Assembly: GCA_903934795.1 (NCBI GenBank) | Contig: CAIZPE010000145.1 | Coordinates: 2,122-66,121 of the forward strand | Reading direction: 5' to 3' | DNA: 64,000 nucleotides | DNA from: an uncultured bacterium | GTDB lineage: Bacteria; Pseudomonadota; Gammaproteobacteria; Burkholderiales; Burkholderiaceae_E | Part shown: positions 26,301 to 38,638 of the stretch, piece by piece | How positions within the stretch are numbered: position 1 is the first letter of the stretch | Layout: each line of letters starts with the position of its first letter | Notes under the pieces: generated by a model | What the model was told of the DNA's origin: nothing | The model's input: the letters and a program-made list of their open reading frames with translations, nothing else | Databases searched by the model: none | Translations under genes and position numbers: made by a program

Positions 26301-27280
26301 TGCCGGATGCTGCCAAGCCGGGGCATGTTCCGGTCCTGCTCGACGCCGCGGTCGAGGCGCTCTCGATCCGCGCCGACGGCATCTACATCGACGGCACCTA
26401 TGGCCGCGGCGGACACAGCGCCGCCATCCTCGCCCGGCTCGGCGAACAGGGCCGGCTGGTGGCCATCGATCGCGACCCCCAGGCGGTTGCGGCGGGCCGC
26501 CGCTTCGCCGACGAGTCCGCGGATCCCCGCTTTTCGATCGATCACGGCCGCTTCGCCGAGATGGCCGATCTGGCGGCGGCCCGCGGCCATGCCCGGGTCG
26601 ATGGCGTGCTGCTCGACCTGGGCGTGTCCTCGCCTCAGCTCGATGACCCGGCGCGCGGGTTCAGCTTCCGTGAAGACGGGCCGCTGGACATGCGCATGGA
26701 CCCGACCACGGGCCTGTCGGCCCGGCAATGGCTGCTGACGGCCCCTGAATCGCAGATCGCGGAGGTGGTGAAAGACTATGGGGAAGAACGGTTTGCTGTT
26801 CCCATTGCAAAGGCGATTGCTGCTCGCCGCCGGCAGGCTGGCGATGCCGCGTTTGCCCGCACCGGCGAGCTTGCCGGTCTCGTGGCGGGCGTCGTCCGCA
26901 GCCGTCGCCCGAAGCCGGAGGCGGGCAAGGATCCGGCCACACGCACCTTTCAGGCTGTACGGATTTTCATCAACCATGAGCTCGAGGAGCTCACGGACGG
27001 CCTGAACGCGGCGCTCGGCTGCCTGCGTCCCGGTGGGCGGCTTGCGGTGATCAGCTTCCACTCGCTGGAAGACCGGATCGTCAAGCGCTTCATCGCCCGC
27101 GAGAGCGGCCGCGACGCACCGCGCGACCCGGTTCGCGGCGGCATCGCCCCGGGCGTGCGCATCCGGCTGCGGCCGGTCGCACGCGTCCTGCCCTCGGCGG
27201 CCGAGTGCGCAGCCAACCCGCGGGCCCGCTCGGCGGTGCTGCGTGTGGCCGAACGGGTGGCCGAGGAGGCGCGGTCGTGA
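26297..27280 (+). CDS. rsmH: 16S rRNA m4C1402 methyltransferase
   Basis: [57 protein letters not shown]; ATG 26300 is an alternative start. Confidence 0.97.
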   Translation: MMPDAAKPGHVPVLLDAAVEALSIRADGIYIDGTYGRGGHSAAILARLGEQGRLVAIDRDPQAVAAGRRFADESADPRFSIDHGRFAEMADLAAARGHARVDGVLLDLGVSSPQLDDPARGFSFREDGPLDMRMDPTTGLSARQWLLTAPESQIAEVVKDYGEERFAVPIAKAIAARRRQAGDAAFARTGELAGLVAGVVRSRRPKPEAGKDPATRTFQAVRIFINHELEELTDGLNAALGCLRPGGRLAVISFHSLEDRIVKRFIARESGRDAPRDPVRGGIAPGVRIRLRPVARVLPSAAECAANPRARSAVLRVAERVAEEARS

Positions 27281-27576
27281 CCAAGGTCTGCCTCTGGCTC
27301 GCGGTGGTGCTGATCGGCTGCTCGCTGTCGCTGGTGACCTCGCAGCAGCGGGCGCGACGCGTGTTCATCGACCTGGAGCGCGCGCAGGCGCGCGCCCAGC
27401 AGCTCGAGGTGCAGTGGGACCAGCTGCAGCTCGAGCAGACCGGCCTGTCGAAGGTCTCGCTGATCGACTCGCGCGCCCGCAAGACCCTGGCCATGCAGTC
27501 GCTGGCCGCCGATCGCACGCTGCACCTGAGCATCGATGTGGTTGCCGAGGCCCGCGCCCGGGAGGCGTCGCGATGA
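27277..27576 (+). CDS. ftsL: Cell division protein FtsL
   Basis: One TM segment plus coiled coil ([24 protein letters not shown]); GTGA overlap; position in dcw. Confidence 0.9.
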   Translation: MTKVCLWLAVVLIGCSLSLVTSQQRARRVFIDLERAQARAQQLEVQWDQLQLEQTGLSKVSLIDSRARKTLAMQSLAADRTLHLSIDVVAEARAREASR

Positions 27577-29306
27577 GCCGCAGCCTGCCCTACTCGGCCA
27601 ATCCGCTGCTCAGGATCAAGCTGCCGGCGATCCGCTCGCGTCTGGTGATGATGCTGATCGCGCTCGCCTTCCTGGCGCTGATCGGCCGGGCGATCTGGCT
27701 GCAGCTGTTCACCAACGACTTCCTGCAGCGCCAGGGCGAGTCGCGCTACGGCCGCACCATGGAGCTGCCGGCCTCGCGCGGCAAGATCCTCGACCGCAAC
27801 GGCATGGTCCTTGCCTCCAGCCTGCCGGCACGCGCGGTCTGTGCCACCCCCGAGGAGGTCAAGGCCAGTCCGGAGCAGTTTGCCGAGCTGGCACGCCTGC
27901 TGCAGATGCCGGTGGCCGAGATCCACCAGCGGCTCGGCGCCGAGGGCAAGACCTTCGTCTATCTCAAGCGCCAGGTCGCGGCCGATGTCGCCGAGAAGAT
28001 CCGTGCCCTGGGCATCGCCGGTCTGCACCAGCGACCCGAGTACAAGCGCTTCTACCCCGAGGGCGAGGCGCTGGCCCATGTGGTCGGCTTCACCAATGTC
28101 GAGGACATCGGCCAGGAGGGCATGGAGCTCGCCCGGCAGAAGGAGCTCGCCGGCCGCCCGGGAAGCCGCCGCGTCCTGCGCGACAATCTGCACCGGGTGT
28201 TCGAGGATGTGGGCACCCTGCGCGAACCGCTCGATGGCCGCGATCTCCAGCTCTCGATCGACGCCAAGATCCAGTTCCACGCCGTCAGCGCCCTGCGTGA
28301 TGCGCTGCGCGAGCACCGTGCCAAGGCCGGTGCGGCGGTGGTGCTCGACGCGCGTACCGGCGAGGTGCTGGCGCTCGCCAACCTGCCCACCTACAACCCC
28401 AACGAGCGCGGTCAGCTCTCCGGCGCCCAGCTGCGCAACCGGGTGATCACCGATACCTTCGAGCCCGGCTCGACCATGAAGCCGTTCACCAGCGCGCTGG
28501 CGATCGAGTCGGGTCGCTACGCGCCGCACACCGTCATCCAGACCGCCCCGGGCCGCATGACCATCGGCTCGGCCACCATCGGCGACTCGCACCCGCACGG
28601 CGCGCTCACGGTCGAGGAGGTGCTGCAGAAGTCCTCCAATGTGGGCACCGCCAAGATTGCGCTGAGCTTCCCGCCCGAGACCATGTGGAACATGCTCACC
28701 GCGGTGGGCTTCGGTCAGCCGCCCGAGCTCGGCTTTCCGGGCGCGGTGGCCGGTCGGGTGATGCCGCCGCGCACGTGGCGGCCGATCAACCAGGCCACCA
28801 TCTCGTATGGCCACGGCATTTCGGTGTCGCTGATCCAGCTCGCCCGTGCCTACACCGTGTTCGCGCGCGACGGCGACATGGTGCCGCTGTCGATGCTGCG
28901 CCTGAGCGAGCCGGCGTCGGGCGTGAAGGTGATGGAGCCGGGCACCGCACAGGCGGTGCGCCGCATGCTCGAGATGGCCGCCGGGCCCGGCGGCACCGCA
29001 CCCAAGGCGCAGATCCCCGGCTACCGGGTGGCCGGCAAGACCGGCACCGCCCACAAGCTCGAGGGCGGGCGCTATGTCAACAAGTACATCGCCTCCTTCG
29101 TCGGTTTCGCCCCGGTGTCCGACCCGCGGATCGTGGTCGCGGTGATGGTCGACGAGCCCTCGGCGGGCCGCCACTACGGTGGCGAGGTCGCCGCCCCGGT
29201 CTTTGCCCAGATCACCGGCGATGTGATGCGCGCGCTGCGCATCCCGCCCGATTCGCCGCAGGTCCGCCAGGTGATCCCGGCCGAACCCGTCAAGGAGATG
29301 CCGTGA
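27573..29306 (+). CDS. ftsI: Peptidoglycan D,D-transpeptidase PBP3
   Basis: RGKILDRNG, SxxK GSTMK, KSSN, KTGT. Confidence 0.96.
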   Translation: MSRSLPYSANPLLRIKLPAIRSRLVMMLIALAFLALIGRAIWLQLFTNDFLQRQGESRYGRTMELPASRGKILDRNGMVLASSLPARAVCATPEEVKASPEQFAELARLLQMPVAEIHQRLGAEGKTFVYLKRQVAADVAEKIRALGIAGLHQRPEYKRFYPEGEALAHVVGFTNVEDIGQEGMELARQKELAGRPGSRRVLRDNLHRVFEDVGTLREPLDGRDLQLSIDAKIQFHAVSALRDALREHRAKAGAAVVLDARTGEVLALANLPTYNPNERGQLSGAQLRNRVITDTFEPGSTMKPFTSALAIESGRYAPHTVIQTAPGRMTIGSATIGDSHPHGALTVEEVLQKSSNVGTAKIALSFPPETMWNMLTAVGFGQPPELGFPGAVAGRVMPPRTWRPINQATISYGHGISVSLIQLARAYTVFARDGDMVPLSMLRLSEPASGVKVMEPGTAQAVRRMLEMAAGPGGTAPKAQIPGYRVAGKTGTAHKLEGGRYVNKYIASFVGFAPVSDPRIVVAVMVDEPSAGRHYGGEVAAPVFAQITGDVMRALRIPPDSPQVRQVIPAEPVKEMP

Positions 29307-30916
29307 ACGCAGTGTCCTCGGCCATCGGTCCCGCCGGTCTGTCCGCGCGCGAGCGCGAGGCCGCCGCCATCGGCCGCTGGCTGCGCGCGCGGCTTGGCCA
29401 CGGCGCGCGCCTGAGCGCCGACAGCCGGCAGATCCGCCCCGGCGACGCCTTCTTCGCCTATCCCGGCCGCAGCGAGGACGGTCGTCGCCATATCGGCGAT
29501 GCGCTGACCCGCGGCGCAGCGGTGGTGCTCTACGAGGCCGACGGCGGCGACGCCCGCGCCGTGGGCGAGGCAGCCTCCACGCTCGGCGTGTTCGGTCTGC
29601 GCGCGCTGGCCGGTCCGATCGCGGCCGAGTTCCACGGCCGTTCCGCCGATCGGATGCGGGTGGTCGCGATCACCGGCACCAACGGCAAGACCAGCGTCTC
29701 GCAGTGGGTGGCCCGCGGTCTGGCCGAGCCGGGCCGGCCCTCGGCCGTGCTCGGCACGCTGGGCGGCGCGCTGGTCACCGACGACAGCCCGGTCTCGTCG
29801 GGCGGGGCCGATCTCACCACCCCCGATGCGCTGTCGCTGCAGCGCGCGCTGGCCGGTTTCGCCGAGCGCGGCGCCCGAACCGTGGCCCTGGAGGCCTCGT
29901 CGATCGGCCTGGACCAGCTGCGCCTGGCCGGCACCCGGGTGGAGGTGGCCGCATTCACCAACCTCACCCGCGATCATCTCGACTACCACGGCTCGATGGC
30001 CGCGTACGCCGAGGCCAAGGCCCGGCTCTTCGGCTGGCCTTCGCTGCGCGCCGCGGTGCTCAACGGCGACGATCCCGCCAGCCTGAGCCTGCTGCAGGCC
30101 CTGGACGCGGTCGAGCGTGACGCGCCGGTGCTGCGCATCCTGCACGGCCAGGCCCCGGGGCAGCACGGCGCCCGCGGTGACCGGCTGCTGCTGGCCGAGC
30201 GCATCGTCGAGGATGCCACCGGCATCCTGCTGATCCTGGGGGGCGACTTCGGCCGTGCCGAGCTGCGCCTGGAACTGCTCGGCCGCTTCAATGTCTCGAA
30301 CGCGCTGTCGGCGGCTGGCTGCTGGCTCGCGCTCGGCCTGTCGCTCGACGAGGTCGCCGCGCGCCTGACCCGCATCCGTCCGGTGGCCGGCCGCATGCAG
30401 CGCCTGGGCATGCCTGGCGGGCCGCTGGCGGTGGTCGACTACGCCCATACCCCCGACGCGCTCGCGCGTACCCTCGAGGCGCTGCGCCCGGTGGCAATGT
30501 CGCGCGGCGGCGCGCTGTGGTGCGTGTTCGGTGCCGGCGGCAACCGCGATCCGGGCAAGCGCCCCATGATGGGCCATGTCGCCCAGCGCGGTGCCGACCG
30601 CCTGGTGATCACCTCCGACAACCCGCGTGACGAGGAACCCTTCCGCATCGTCTCCGACCTGCGCGCCGGACTCACCCGCGAGCCTTTCGCCACCGAGATC
30701 GACCGGGCGCGCGCGATCGCGATCGCCGTGGAGTCGGCGGGCCGCGACGATGTCATCCTGATCGCAGGCAAGGGCCACGAGGCCTACCAGGAGATCCGCG
30801 GCCAGCGCCTGCCCTTTTCCGATGCCGAGCAGGTGATGCGCGGCCTCGAGGCACGCGCCCGCATCGAGACCGGCCTGCGTTCGGCCGAAGTGGCTGCCAG
30901 CGTGCCCGATGTTTGA
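29303..30916 (+). CDS. murE: UDP-MurNAc-dipeptide--meso-DAP ligase
   Basis: [41 protein letters not shown] (DAP specificity), AGKGHE. Confidence 0.96.
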   Translation: MNAVSSAIGPAGLSAREREAAAIGRWLRARLGHGARLSADSRQIRPGDAFFAYPGRSEDGRRHIGDALTRGAAVVLYEADGGDARAVGEAASTLGVFGLRALAGPIAAEFHGRSADRMRVVAITGTNGKTSVSQWVARGLAEPGRPSAVLGTLGGALVTDDSPVSSGGADLTTPDALSLQRALAGFAERGARTVALEASSIGLDQLRLAGTRVEVAAFTNLTRDHLDYHGSMAAYAEAKARLFGWPSLRAAVLNGDDPASLSLLQALDAVERDAPVLRILHGQAPGQHGARGDRLLLAERIVEDATGILLILGGDFGRAELRLELLGRFNVSNALSAAGCWLALGLSLDEVAARLTRIRPVAGRMQRLGMPGGPLAVVDYAHTPDALARTLEALRPVAMSRGGALWCVFGAGGNRDPGKRPMMGHVAQRGADRLVITSDNPRDEEPFRIVSDLRAGLTREPFATEIDRARAIAIAVESAGRDDVILIAGKGHEAYQEIRGQRLPFSDAEQVMRGLEARARIETGLRSAEVAASVPDV

Positions 30917-32279
30917 GCTGCGCGAGGCCCAGGGCTGGATCGCCGGCGCGCGCCTGTCGGGCGATGGCGCCACGCGCATCGCCGCGGTCTGCACCGACTC
31001 CCGACGCATCGCCCCGGGATCGCTGTTCGTCGCCCTGCGCGGCGAGCGCTTCGATGCCCACGATTTTCTCGGCCAGGCTTTCCAGGCCGGCGCTGCCGCG
31101 GTGCTGGCCGAGCGTCTGCCCGACGCAGTCCGGGGGCCGGCGCTGCTGGTGGCCGACACCCGCCGCGCCTACGGCGAGCTTGGCGCCGCCTGGCGCGGGC
31201 GCTTCCGCCTGCCGCTGATCGCGGTCACCGGCAGCAACGGCAAGACCACGGTCAAGGAGATGATCGCCGCCATCCTGGCCGCCCGCTTCGGCGTTGATCA
31301 CCGGCTGGCCACCCGCGGCAATCTCAACAACGAGATCGGCGTGCCGGCCACGCTGCTCGAACTCGGCCCGCAGCACGAGGCTGCGGTGGTCGAACTCGGC
31401 ATGAATCATCCCGGCGAGATCGCGTGGATCGCCGGTCTGGCCGCGCCCACCGTGGCCCTGGTCAACAACGCGCAGCGCGAGCACCAGGAGTTTCTGGGCA
31501 CGGTGCGCGCCACCGCGATCGAGAACGGCGCGGCGATCGCCGCGCTGCCGCCCGAGGGCGTGGCGGTGTTTCCCGGCGACGACGAGCACACCGCGCTGTG
31601 GCGCGAGATCGCCGGTGCGCGGCGCTGCCTGAGCTTCGGTCTGAGCCCGCACTGCGATGTCCATGCCGATCCTGCGGCCCGGCCCGAGGGATTCGATCTG
31701 TGCATCGGGCAGGCTTCGGCGCGGGTGAACCTCGCGATCGCGGGAGCGCACAACGTGCGCAATGCGCTGGCTGCTGCCGCCTGCGCCAGCGCGATCGGCA
31801 TCGACCTGGCCGGCATCGCCGCAGGTCTGGCCGCCTTCCGGCCGGTGAGCGGCCGGCTGGTGCGCCTCGCCTGTCCGGGCGGCGCCAGCCTGATCGACGA
31901 CAGCTACAACGCCAACCCCGACTCGGTGCGCGCCGCGATCGATGTGCTGGCTGCTGCCGACCACCCCCGGGTGCTGGTGCTCGGTGACATGGGCGAGGTC
32001 GGTTCGCAGGGCGAGCAGTTCCACCGGGAGGTGGTTGGCTATGCCGCCAGCCGCGGCATCGACCACCTGCTGGCGCTGGGCGAGGCCACCGGCCGCGCGG
32101 TGCGCGAGGCCGGCGTGCGCGGCTTCGAGGCCTTCGCCAGCCTGGAGGCCCTGCTGGCGCGGCTTGCGCCGCTCGCCATCACGCCGGCCACGGTGCTGGT
32201 CAAGGGCTCGCGCTCGATGCGCATGGAGCGGGTGGTGGCCGCGCTCTCGGGTGCGCCTCAGCCTGCAGGAGCGCACTAG
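30909..32279 (+). CDS. murF: UDP-MurNAc-tripeptide--D-Ala-D-Ala ligase
   Basis: VTGSNGKTTVKE, GNLNNEIG, ELGMNHPGEI, DDSYNANPDS, KGSRSM. Confidence 0.96.
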   Translation: MFELREAQGWIAGARLSGDGATRIAAVCTDSRRIAPGSLFVALRGERFDAHDFLGQAFQAGAAAVLAERLPDAVRGPALLVADTRRAYGELGAAWRGRFRLPLIAVTGSNGKTTVKEMIAAILAARFGVDHRLATRGNLNNEIGVPATLLELGPQHEAAVVELGMNHPGEIAWIAGLAAPTVALVNNAQREHQEFLGTVRATAIENGAAIAALPPEGVAVFPGDDEHTALWREIAGARRCLSFGLSPHCDVHADPAARPEGFDLCIGQASARVNLAIAGAHNVRNALAAAACASAIGIDLAGIAAGLAAFRPVSGRLVRLACPGGASLIDDSYNANPDSVRAAIDVLAAADHPRVLVLGDMGEVGSQGEQFHREVVGYAASRGIDHLLALGEATGRAVREAGVRGFEAFASLEALLARLAPLAITPATVLVKGSRSMRMERVVAALSGAPQPAGAH

Positions 32280-33449
32280 GTGCTGCTCGAACTCGCGCAG
32301 TGGCTGGCCCGCGACATCCGCGGGTTCTCGGTCTTCAACTACATCACGCTGCGCGCGGTGCTGGCCACGCTCACCGCGCTGCTGATCGGCCTGCTCGCCG
32401 GCCCGGCGCTCATCCGTCGGCTCACCGTCATGAAGATCGGTCAGGCGGTGCGCACCGACGGGCCGCAGACCCACCTCGCCAAGTCCGGCACGCCGACCAT
32501 GGGCGGCGCGCTGATCCTGGTGGCGGTGGGTGCGGCCACGCTGCTGTGGGCCGATCTCTCCAACCGTTTCGTGTGGGTGGTGCTGATCGTCACCCTGGGC
32601 TTCGGTGCGATCGGCTGGGTCGACGACTACCGCAAGGTGGTGCATCGCGACCCGCGCGGCATGGCCTCGCGCGAGAAGTTCTTCTGGCAGTCGCTGATCG
32701 GCCTCGCGGCGGCGGTGTGGCTGGCCTTCGCGGTGCCGGCGCAGTCCAATGCCCAGGCGCTGGATCTCTTCGGCCAGTGGCTGTCCGCCGGCCTGGCGAT
32801 GGACCTGCCGCCCAAGGCCGACCTGATCGTGCCCTTCTTCAAGAATGTGGCCTATCCCCTGGGCGTGTTCGGCTTCATCGTGCTCACCTTCTTCGTGATC
32901 GTGGGCACCAGCAACGCGGTCAACCTCACCGACGGTGCCGACGGGCTGGCGATCATGCCGGCGGTGCTGGTGGGCTCGGCGCTGGGCCTGTTCGCCTATG
33001 TGACCGGCAACTCGGTCTTCGCGAAGTACCTTCTGATCCCCCATATCCCGGGCGCGGGCGAGCTCACCGTGTTCTGCGGCGCGATCGCCGGCGCGGGCCT
33101 GGCCTTCCTCTGGTACAACGCCTACCCCGCGCAGGTCTTCATGGGCGATGTCGGCGCGCTCGCCCTGGGCGGCGCGCTGGGCACGGTGGCGGTGGTGGTC
33201 CGCCAGGAGATCGTGCTGTTCATCATGGGCGGCGTGTTCGTCGCCGAGACCGTCTCGGTCATGCTCCAGGTGGGCTGGTTCAAGTACACCCGCCGTCGCT
33301 ATGGCGAAGGCCGGCGCATCTTCCGGATGGCGCCGCTGCACCACCACTTCGAGGTGGGCGGGGTCAAGGAGAGCCAGGTGGTGGTCCGGTTCTGGATCGT
33401 GACCATGATGCTGGTGCTGTTCGGCCTGTCCTCGCTGAAGATCCGGTGA
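32280..33449 (+). CDS. mraY: Phospho-MurNAc-pentapeptide transferase
   Basis: [41 protein letters not shown]. Confidence 0.97.
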   Translation: MLLELAQWLARDIRGFSVFNYITLRAVLATLTALLIGLLAGPALIRRLTVMKIGQAVRTDGPQTHLAKSGTPTMGGALILVAVGAATLLWADLSNRFVWVVLIVTLGFGAIGWVDDYRKVVHRDPRGMASREKFFWQSLIGLAAAVWLAFAVPAQSNAQALDLFGQWLSAGLAMDLPPKADLIVPFFKNVAYPLGVFGFIVLTFFVIVGTSNAVNLTDGADGLAIMPAVLVGSALGLFAYVTGNSVFAKYLLIPHIPGAGELTVFCGAIAGAGLAFLWYNAYPAQVFMGDVGALALGGALGTVAVVVRQEIVLFIMGGVFVAETVSVMLQVGWFKYTRRRYGEGRRIFRMAPLHHHFEVGGVKESQVVVRFWIVTMMLVLFGLSSLKIR

Positions 33450-33454
33450 GCGCC

Positions 33455-34960
33455 ATGAACGCCCAGCTGCCGCTCTTCGATCTTGCCGGCCGGCGCGTGC
33501 TGGTGCTCGGCCTGGGCGATTCCGGTCTGGCGATGGCGCGCTGGGCGGACTTTCGCGGCGCGCTGCTGTCGGTGGCCGACACCCGCGAGGCCCCGCCGAG
33601 ACTGGCCGAGCTGCGCCAGGACCTGCCCGGCGCAGGCTTCAGTGGCGGCCCGCTCACGCCGGACCTGCTCGAGGGCGTCGACCTGGTGGCCTGGAGCCCC
33701 GGCCTGTCGATCGAGATCGGCGAGGGCGCGGCCTTCCAGGCCCTGGCTCGCGAGCGCGGCATTCCGGTGGCGGGCGAGATCGAGCTCTTCGCCCAGGCGC
33801 TCGCCCTGCTCGGCGAGCAGGGCTACCGGCCGCGCGTGGCCGCGATCACCGGCACCAACGGCAAGACCACCACCACCCGGCTGGTGGGCCATCTCTGCAG
33901 CCATGCCGGCCTGCGCGCGGTGGTGGCCGGCAACATCGCGCCGGCGGTGCTCGATGCCCTGCGCGAACAGCTGGTCGCCTGCGGCGAAGTGCCCGACCCG
34001 GCGCGACTGCCCGAGGTCTGGGTGCTGGAACTCTCGAGCTTCCAGCTGGCGCTCACCGACAGCCTCGTGCCGGATGTCGCTGCGATCCTGAACATCACCC
34101 AGGACCATCTCGACTGGCATGCCGACATGGCCAGCTACGCTGTCGCCAAGCAGCGCCTGTGGCGCGGTGCGCGCGCCTGCGTCTGGAACCGCGACGACCC
34201 GCTCACCGCGCCGCCCGCCGGGGCACGGCAGGTCTCGTTTGGCGCCTCGGTGCCGGCCCAGGCCGGCGACCTCGGGATCATCCACGAGGGCGGTCTGCGC
34301 TGGCTTGCGGCGGCCGTGCCCGGCGAGGAGGCGCCAGGCTCGCCCCGGCGCCGCCGCGAGGCGCCGCCGCCCCTGCTGCGTCGGCTGATGCCGGCCGATG
34401 CGCTGCGCATCCGCGGCACGCACAACCACGGCAATGCCCTGGCCGCGCTGGCGATCGCCGGCGCGCTGGGACTGCCCACGGCGGCGCTGCTGCACGGACT
34501 GCGCGGCTTCGACGGCGAGCCCCATCGCTGCGAGCTGGTCGCGGTCATCGACGATGTCGAGTACTACGACGACAGCAAGGGCACCAATGTCGGCGCCACG
34601 GTGGCCGCGCTCTCCGGCCTGGGCAAGCGCTGCCTGCTGATCGCCGGCGGCGAGGGCAAGGGCCAGGACTTCACTCCGCTTGCGGCGGCGGTCGTCGCGC
34701 ACGCGCGCGCGGTGTTCCTCATCGGCCATGACGCGCCGCGGCTGCGCGCCGCGCTCGCCGACACCCCCGCGCTGCTGGTCGATTGCGCAAGCCTCGAGGA
34801 GGCGGTGAGCCGCGCCCGCGAGATCGCGGTGCTCGGCGATGCGGTGCTGCTGTCGCCGGCCTGCGCCAGCTTCGACATGTTCCGCAACTATGCCCATCGG
34901 GCCGAGGTCTTCGTGGCAGCGGTACGGGCGCTGGCCCTCGATGCGGGGGTGCCATGCTGA
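33455..34960 (+). CDS. murD: UDP-MurNAc-L-Ala--D-Glu ligase
   Basis: [56 protein letters not shown]. Confidence 0.96.
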   Translation: MNAQLPLFDLAGRRVLVLGLGDSGLAMARWADFRGALLSVADTREAPPRLAELRQDLPGAGFSGGPLTPDLLEGVDLVAWSPGLSIEIGEGAAFQALARERGIPVAGEIELFAQALALLGEQGYRPRVAAITGTNGKTTTTRLVGHLCSHAGLRAVVAGNIAPAVLDALREQLVACGEVPDPARLPEVWVLELSSFQLALTDSLVPDVAAILNITQDHLDWHADMASYAVAKQRLWRGARACVWNRDDPLTAPPAGARQVSFGASVPAQAGDLGIIHEGGLRWLAAAVPGEEAPGSPRRRREAPPPLLRRLMPADALRIRGTHNHGNALAALAIAGALGLPTAALLHGLRGFDGEPHRCELVAVIDDVEYYDDSKGTNVGATVAALSGLGKRCLLIAGGEGKGQDFTPLAAAVVAHARAVFLIGHDAPRLRAALADTPALLVDCASLEEAVSRAREIAVLGDAVLLSPACASFDMFRNYAHRAEVFVAAVRALALDAGVPC

Positions 34961-36147
34961 GCCAGATGCTCTCGTGGCGCCGCGCCACGCGCGCCGGCGA
35001 GCGGCCGGTCGGTATCGCCCAGGCGCAGATCATCGACACCTCGCTGCTGTGGGTTGCCGGCGCGCTGCTCGCGCTGGGTCTGGTGATGGTCTATTCCGCC
35101 TCGATCGCGCTGCCTGACTCGCCCAAGTTCGCCGCCTACAAGCCGCATCACTTTCTGGTGCGGCACGCCTTCGCCATCGCGCTGGGCACCCTGCTCGGCC
35201 TGGTCGCCTTCGGCATCCCGATGCGGGTGTGGGAGGCGCTCTCGCCCAAGCTCTTCGTGCTGGCCATGGTGCTGCTGGTGCTGGTGCTCATCCCCGGCAT
35301 CGGCAAGGTGGTCTACGGTGCCCGCCGCTGGCTCTCGCTCGGCCCGCTCAGCCTGCAGCCCTCCGAGCTGATGAAGCTCTTCGTGGTGCTCTACGCGGCC
35401 AGCTACATCGTGCGCAAGCAGGAGCACATCAAGCGCTTCAAGAAGGGATTCCTGCCGATGGGCACCGCGGTGGCGATCATCGGCATGCTGCTGCTGCTCG
35501 AGCCCGACCTCGGCGCCTTCGTGGTGATCTGCGCGATCGCCATGGGCATGCTGTTCCTGGGCGGGGTGAGCGCCCGGCTGTTCATCGGCCTGATCGGCAT
35601 CCTCGGTGGCACCTTCGGGATGCTGATCTGGCTCTCGCCCTGGCGCCGCGAGCGCATCTTCGCCTACCTCGATCCCTTCGCCGACCCGCTCGGCAAGGGC
35701 TATCAGCTCACCCACTCGCTGATCGCCTTCGGCCGCGGCGAGTTCACCGGGGTCGGCCTGGGCGGGTCGGTCGAGAAGCTGCACTACCTGCCCGAGGCCC
35801 ACACCGACTTCCTGCTCGCCGTGATCGGCGAGGAGCTCGGTCTGATCGGCGTCCTGGTGGTGGTGGCGCTCTTCTACTGGCTCACGCGCCGCGCCTTCGA
35901 GATCGGCCGCCAGGCGATCACGCTCGACCGGGTGTTCAATGGCCTGGTCGCCAAGGGCGTGGCGATCTGGCTGGGCTTCCAGGCCTTCGTGAACATGGGG
36001 GTCAACCTCGGCCTGCTGCCCACCAAGGGCCTGACCCTGCCGCTGATGAGCTACGGTGGCTCGGGCGTGCTGGTGAACTGCCTTGCGCTGGCGCTGCTGC
36101 TGCGCATCGACTTCGAGACCCGCCACCTGATGCGGAGTGCGCGATGA
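34954..36147 (+). CDS. ftsW: Peptidoglycan glycosyltransferase FtsW
   Basis: [59 protein letters not shown]. Confidence 0.96.
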   Translation: MLSQMLSWRRATRAGERPVGIAQAQIIDTSLLWVAGALLALGLVMVYSASIALPDSPKFAAYKPHHFLVRHAFAIALGTLLGLVAFGIPMRVWEALSPKLFVLAMVLLVLVLIPGIGKVVYGARRWLSLGPLSLQPSELMKLFVVLYAASYIVRKQEHIKRFKKGFLPMGTAVAIIGMLLLLEPDLGAFVVICAIAMGMLFLGGVSARLFIGLIGILGGTFGMLIWLSPWRRERIFAYLDPFADPLGKGYQLTHSLIAFGRGEFTGVGLGGSVEKLHYLPEAHTDFLLAVIGEELGLIGVLVVVALFYWLTRRAFEIGRQAITLDRVFNGLVAKGVAIWLGFQAFVNMGVNLGLLPTKGLTLPLMSYGGSGVLVNCLALALLLRIDFETRHLMRSAR

Positions 36148-37223
36148 GCCGCACCATCCTGATCATGGCAGGCGGCACCGGCGGCCATGTGATGCCCGGG
36201 CTGGCGGTCGCGGGCGAGATGCGCCGCCGCCGCTGGAACGTGGTGTGGCTGGGCAATCCCGCCGGCATGGAAGCCGACCTGGTGCCCCGCCACGGCATCC
36301 CGATGCGCGCGGTTCGCTTCGGCGGCCTGCGCGGCAAGGGGCTGCGCACCCGGCTGATGCTGCCCTGGAACCTGCTGCGCGCCTGCTGGCAGAGCGGGCT
36401 GGCCCTGCGCGCGGAACGGCCGGCCGTGGTCCTCGGGCTGGGCGGCTATGTCAGCTTTCCGGGCGGCCTCATGACCCGCCTGAGCGGCCGCGCCCTGGTG
36501 CTGCACGAGCAGAACTCGGTGGCCGGGCTGGCCAACCGCGTGCTGGCACGCATCGCCGACACCGTGCTCGAAGCCTTCCCCGGCACGCTGCCCGGCGCGG
36601 ACTGGACCGGCAACCCGGTGCGCGCCGACATCGCGGCGCTGCCGGCGCCGGCCGAACGCTGGGCGGGTCGCCAGGGACCGCTGCGCCTGCTGGTGGTGGG
36701 CGGCAGCCTGGGCGCGCAGGCGCTCAACCAGGCGCTGCCGGCCGCGCTCGCGCTGATCCCGCCGGCCGCCCGGCCGCAGGTCGTGCACCAGTGTGGCCGC
36801 GGTCAGGGCGCCGCGGTCGCCCAGGCCTACCGCGACGCCGGTGTCCAGGCCGACGCGCGCGAATTCATCGACGACATGGCCGGCGAGCTCGCCGCCGCCG
36901 ACCTCGCGGTCTGCCGCGCCGGCGCGATGACCGTGGCGGAACTGGCCGCCGCCGGCGTGCCCGCGGTGCTGGTGCCCTACCCGCACGCGGTCGACGATCA
37001 CCAGACCGGCAATGCCCGGTTCCTCGTCGAGCGCGGCGCCGCCTGGCTGTTGCCGCAGGCACAGGCCGATGCGGCCGGGCTGGCCGCGCTGATCGGCGCC
37101 GCCGATCGCCAGGTTCTGCTGCGCATGGCCGAGCAGGCCCGCGCCGCGGCCCGGCCCGATGCCACCGGCGCGGTGGCCGATGCCTGCGAGGCCGCCGCCG
37201 GCCGCCGCGGAGCCGGGGCATGA
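36144..37223 (+). CDS. murG: Lipid II GlcNAc transferase
   Basis: [36 protein letters not shown]. Confidence 0.96.
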   Translation: MSRTILIMAGGTGGHVMPGLAVAGEMRRRRWNVVWLGNPAGMEADLVPRHGIPMRAVRFGGLRGKGLRTRLMLPWNLLRACWQSGLALRAERPAVVLGLGGYVSFPGGLMTRLSGRALVLHEQNSVAGLANRVLARIADTVLEAFPGTLPGADWTGNPVRADIAALPAPAERWAGRQGPLRLLVVGGSLGAQALNQALPAALALIPPAARPQVVHQCGRGQGAAVAQAYRDAGVQADAREFIDDMAGELAAADLAVCRAGAMTVAELAAAGVPAVLVPYPHAVDDHQTGNARFLVERGAAWLLPQAQADAAGLAALIGAADRQVLLRMAEQARAAARPDATGAVADACEAAAGRRGAGA

Positions 37224-38638
37224 AGCACAAGGTCCGTCACATCCACTTCGTGGGCATCGGCGGCTCGGGCATGAGCGGCATCGCCGAAGTGCTGCTCAAC
37301 CTCGGCTACCGGATCAGCGGTTCGGATGCCGCCGACAGCGCCACCACCCGGCGGCTCGCCGGCCTGGGTGCGCAGATCTCGCTAGGCCACGATGCCGCTC
37401 ACATCGTCGGCGCCGACTGCGTGGTCGTGTCCACCGCCGTGCGCGGCGACAACCCCGAGGTGATCGCCGCCCGCGCCCGACGGCTGCCGGTGGTGCCGCG
37501 CGCGCTCATGCTCGCCGAGCTGATGAAGCTCAAGCAGGGCGTGGCGATCGCCGGCACCCACGGCAAGACCACCACCACCAGCCTGGTGGCCTCGGTGCTC
37601 GCCGCCGGCGGGCTCGACCCCACCTTCGTGATCGGCGGGCGCCTGAACAGCGCTGGCGCCAATGCCCGGCTGGGCAGCGGCGACTACATCGTGGTCGAGG
37701 CCGACGAGTCGGACGCCTCGTTCCTGAATCTCACGCCCACGATCGCGGTGATCACGAACATCGACGCCGATCACATGGAGACCTATGGCCACGATCTGGC
37801 GCGCCTGAAGCATGCCTTCGTCGAGTTCACCCAGCGCCTGCCCTTCTACGGCGCGGCGGTGGTGTGCATCGACGATGCCAACCTGCGCGAGATCCTGCCC
37901 TTCGTGTCCAAGCCCGTGCTCAGCTACGGCCTGTCGCCCGAGGCGCAGTTCCGCGCCACCGATGTGCGCGCCGACGGCGCGCAGATGCGCTTCACCCTGC
38001 AGCGGGTCAACGGCGTGCGCCGCGAGCCGGTGCCGGTGCTGCTCAACGCGCCCGGCGAGCACAATGTGCGCAACGCCCTGGCGGCGATCGCGGTGGCCGA
38101 CGAGCTCGGCGTGCCCGACGAGGCCATCCTCGGCGCGCTGGCCGAGTTCAAGGGCGTGGGCCGGCGCTTCCAGCGCTACGGTGAAATCCCCGCCAGCGGT
38201 GGCGGCAGCTTCACCCTCATCGACGACTACGGCCATCACCCGGCCGAGATGGCCGTCACGCTGGCGGCCGCGCGCGGCGCCTTCCCGGGCCGCCGTCTCG
38301 TCCTCGCCTTCCAGCCGCACCGCTTCACCCGCACCCGTGACCTGTTCGAGGACTTCGTGCGGGTGATTGGCGGTGCCGACGCGGTGCTGCTCGCCGAGGT
38401 CTATGCCGCCGGCGAGCCCCCGATCGTGGCCGCCGACGGCCGCGCGCTGGCGCGGGCGATGCGCGTGGCCGGCCGCGTGGAGCCGGTGTTCGTCGAGGAC
38501 ATCGCGCAGATGCCGCGCGCCATCCTTGAAGCGGCCCGCGACGGCGATGTGGTGCTCGCCATGGGCGCGGGCTCGATCGGCGCCGTGCCGGCGCAGGTGC
38601 GCGATCTTGCCGCTGCGGGAGGCGCCGATGGCCGCTGA
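37220..38638 (+). CDS. murC: UDP-MurNAc--L-Ala ligase
   Basis: [42 protein letters not shown]. Confidence 0.97.
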   Translation: MKHKVRHIHFVGIGGSGMSGIAEVLLNLGYRISGSDAADSATTRRLAGLGAQISLGHDAAHIVGADCVVVSTAVRGDNPEVIAARARRLPVVPRALMLAELMKLKQGVAIAGTHGKTTTTSLVASVLAAGGLDPTFVIGGRLNSAGANARLGSGDYIVVEADESDASFLNLTPTIAVITNIDADHMETYGHDLARLKHAFVEFTQRLPFYGAAVVCIDDANLREILPFVSKPVLSYGLSPEAQFRATDVRADGAQMRFTLQRVNGVRREPVPVLLNAPGEHNVRNALAAIAVADELGVPDEAILGALAEFKGVGRRFQRYGEIPASGGGSFTLIDDYGHHPAEMAVTLAAARGAFPGRRLVLAFQPHRFTRTRDLFEDFVRVIGGADAVLLAEVYAAGEPPIVAADGRALARAMRVAGRVEPVFVEDIAQMPRAILEAARDGDVVLAMGAGSIGAVPAQVRDLAAAGGADGR

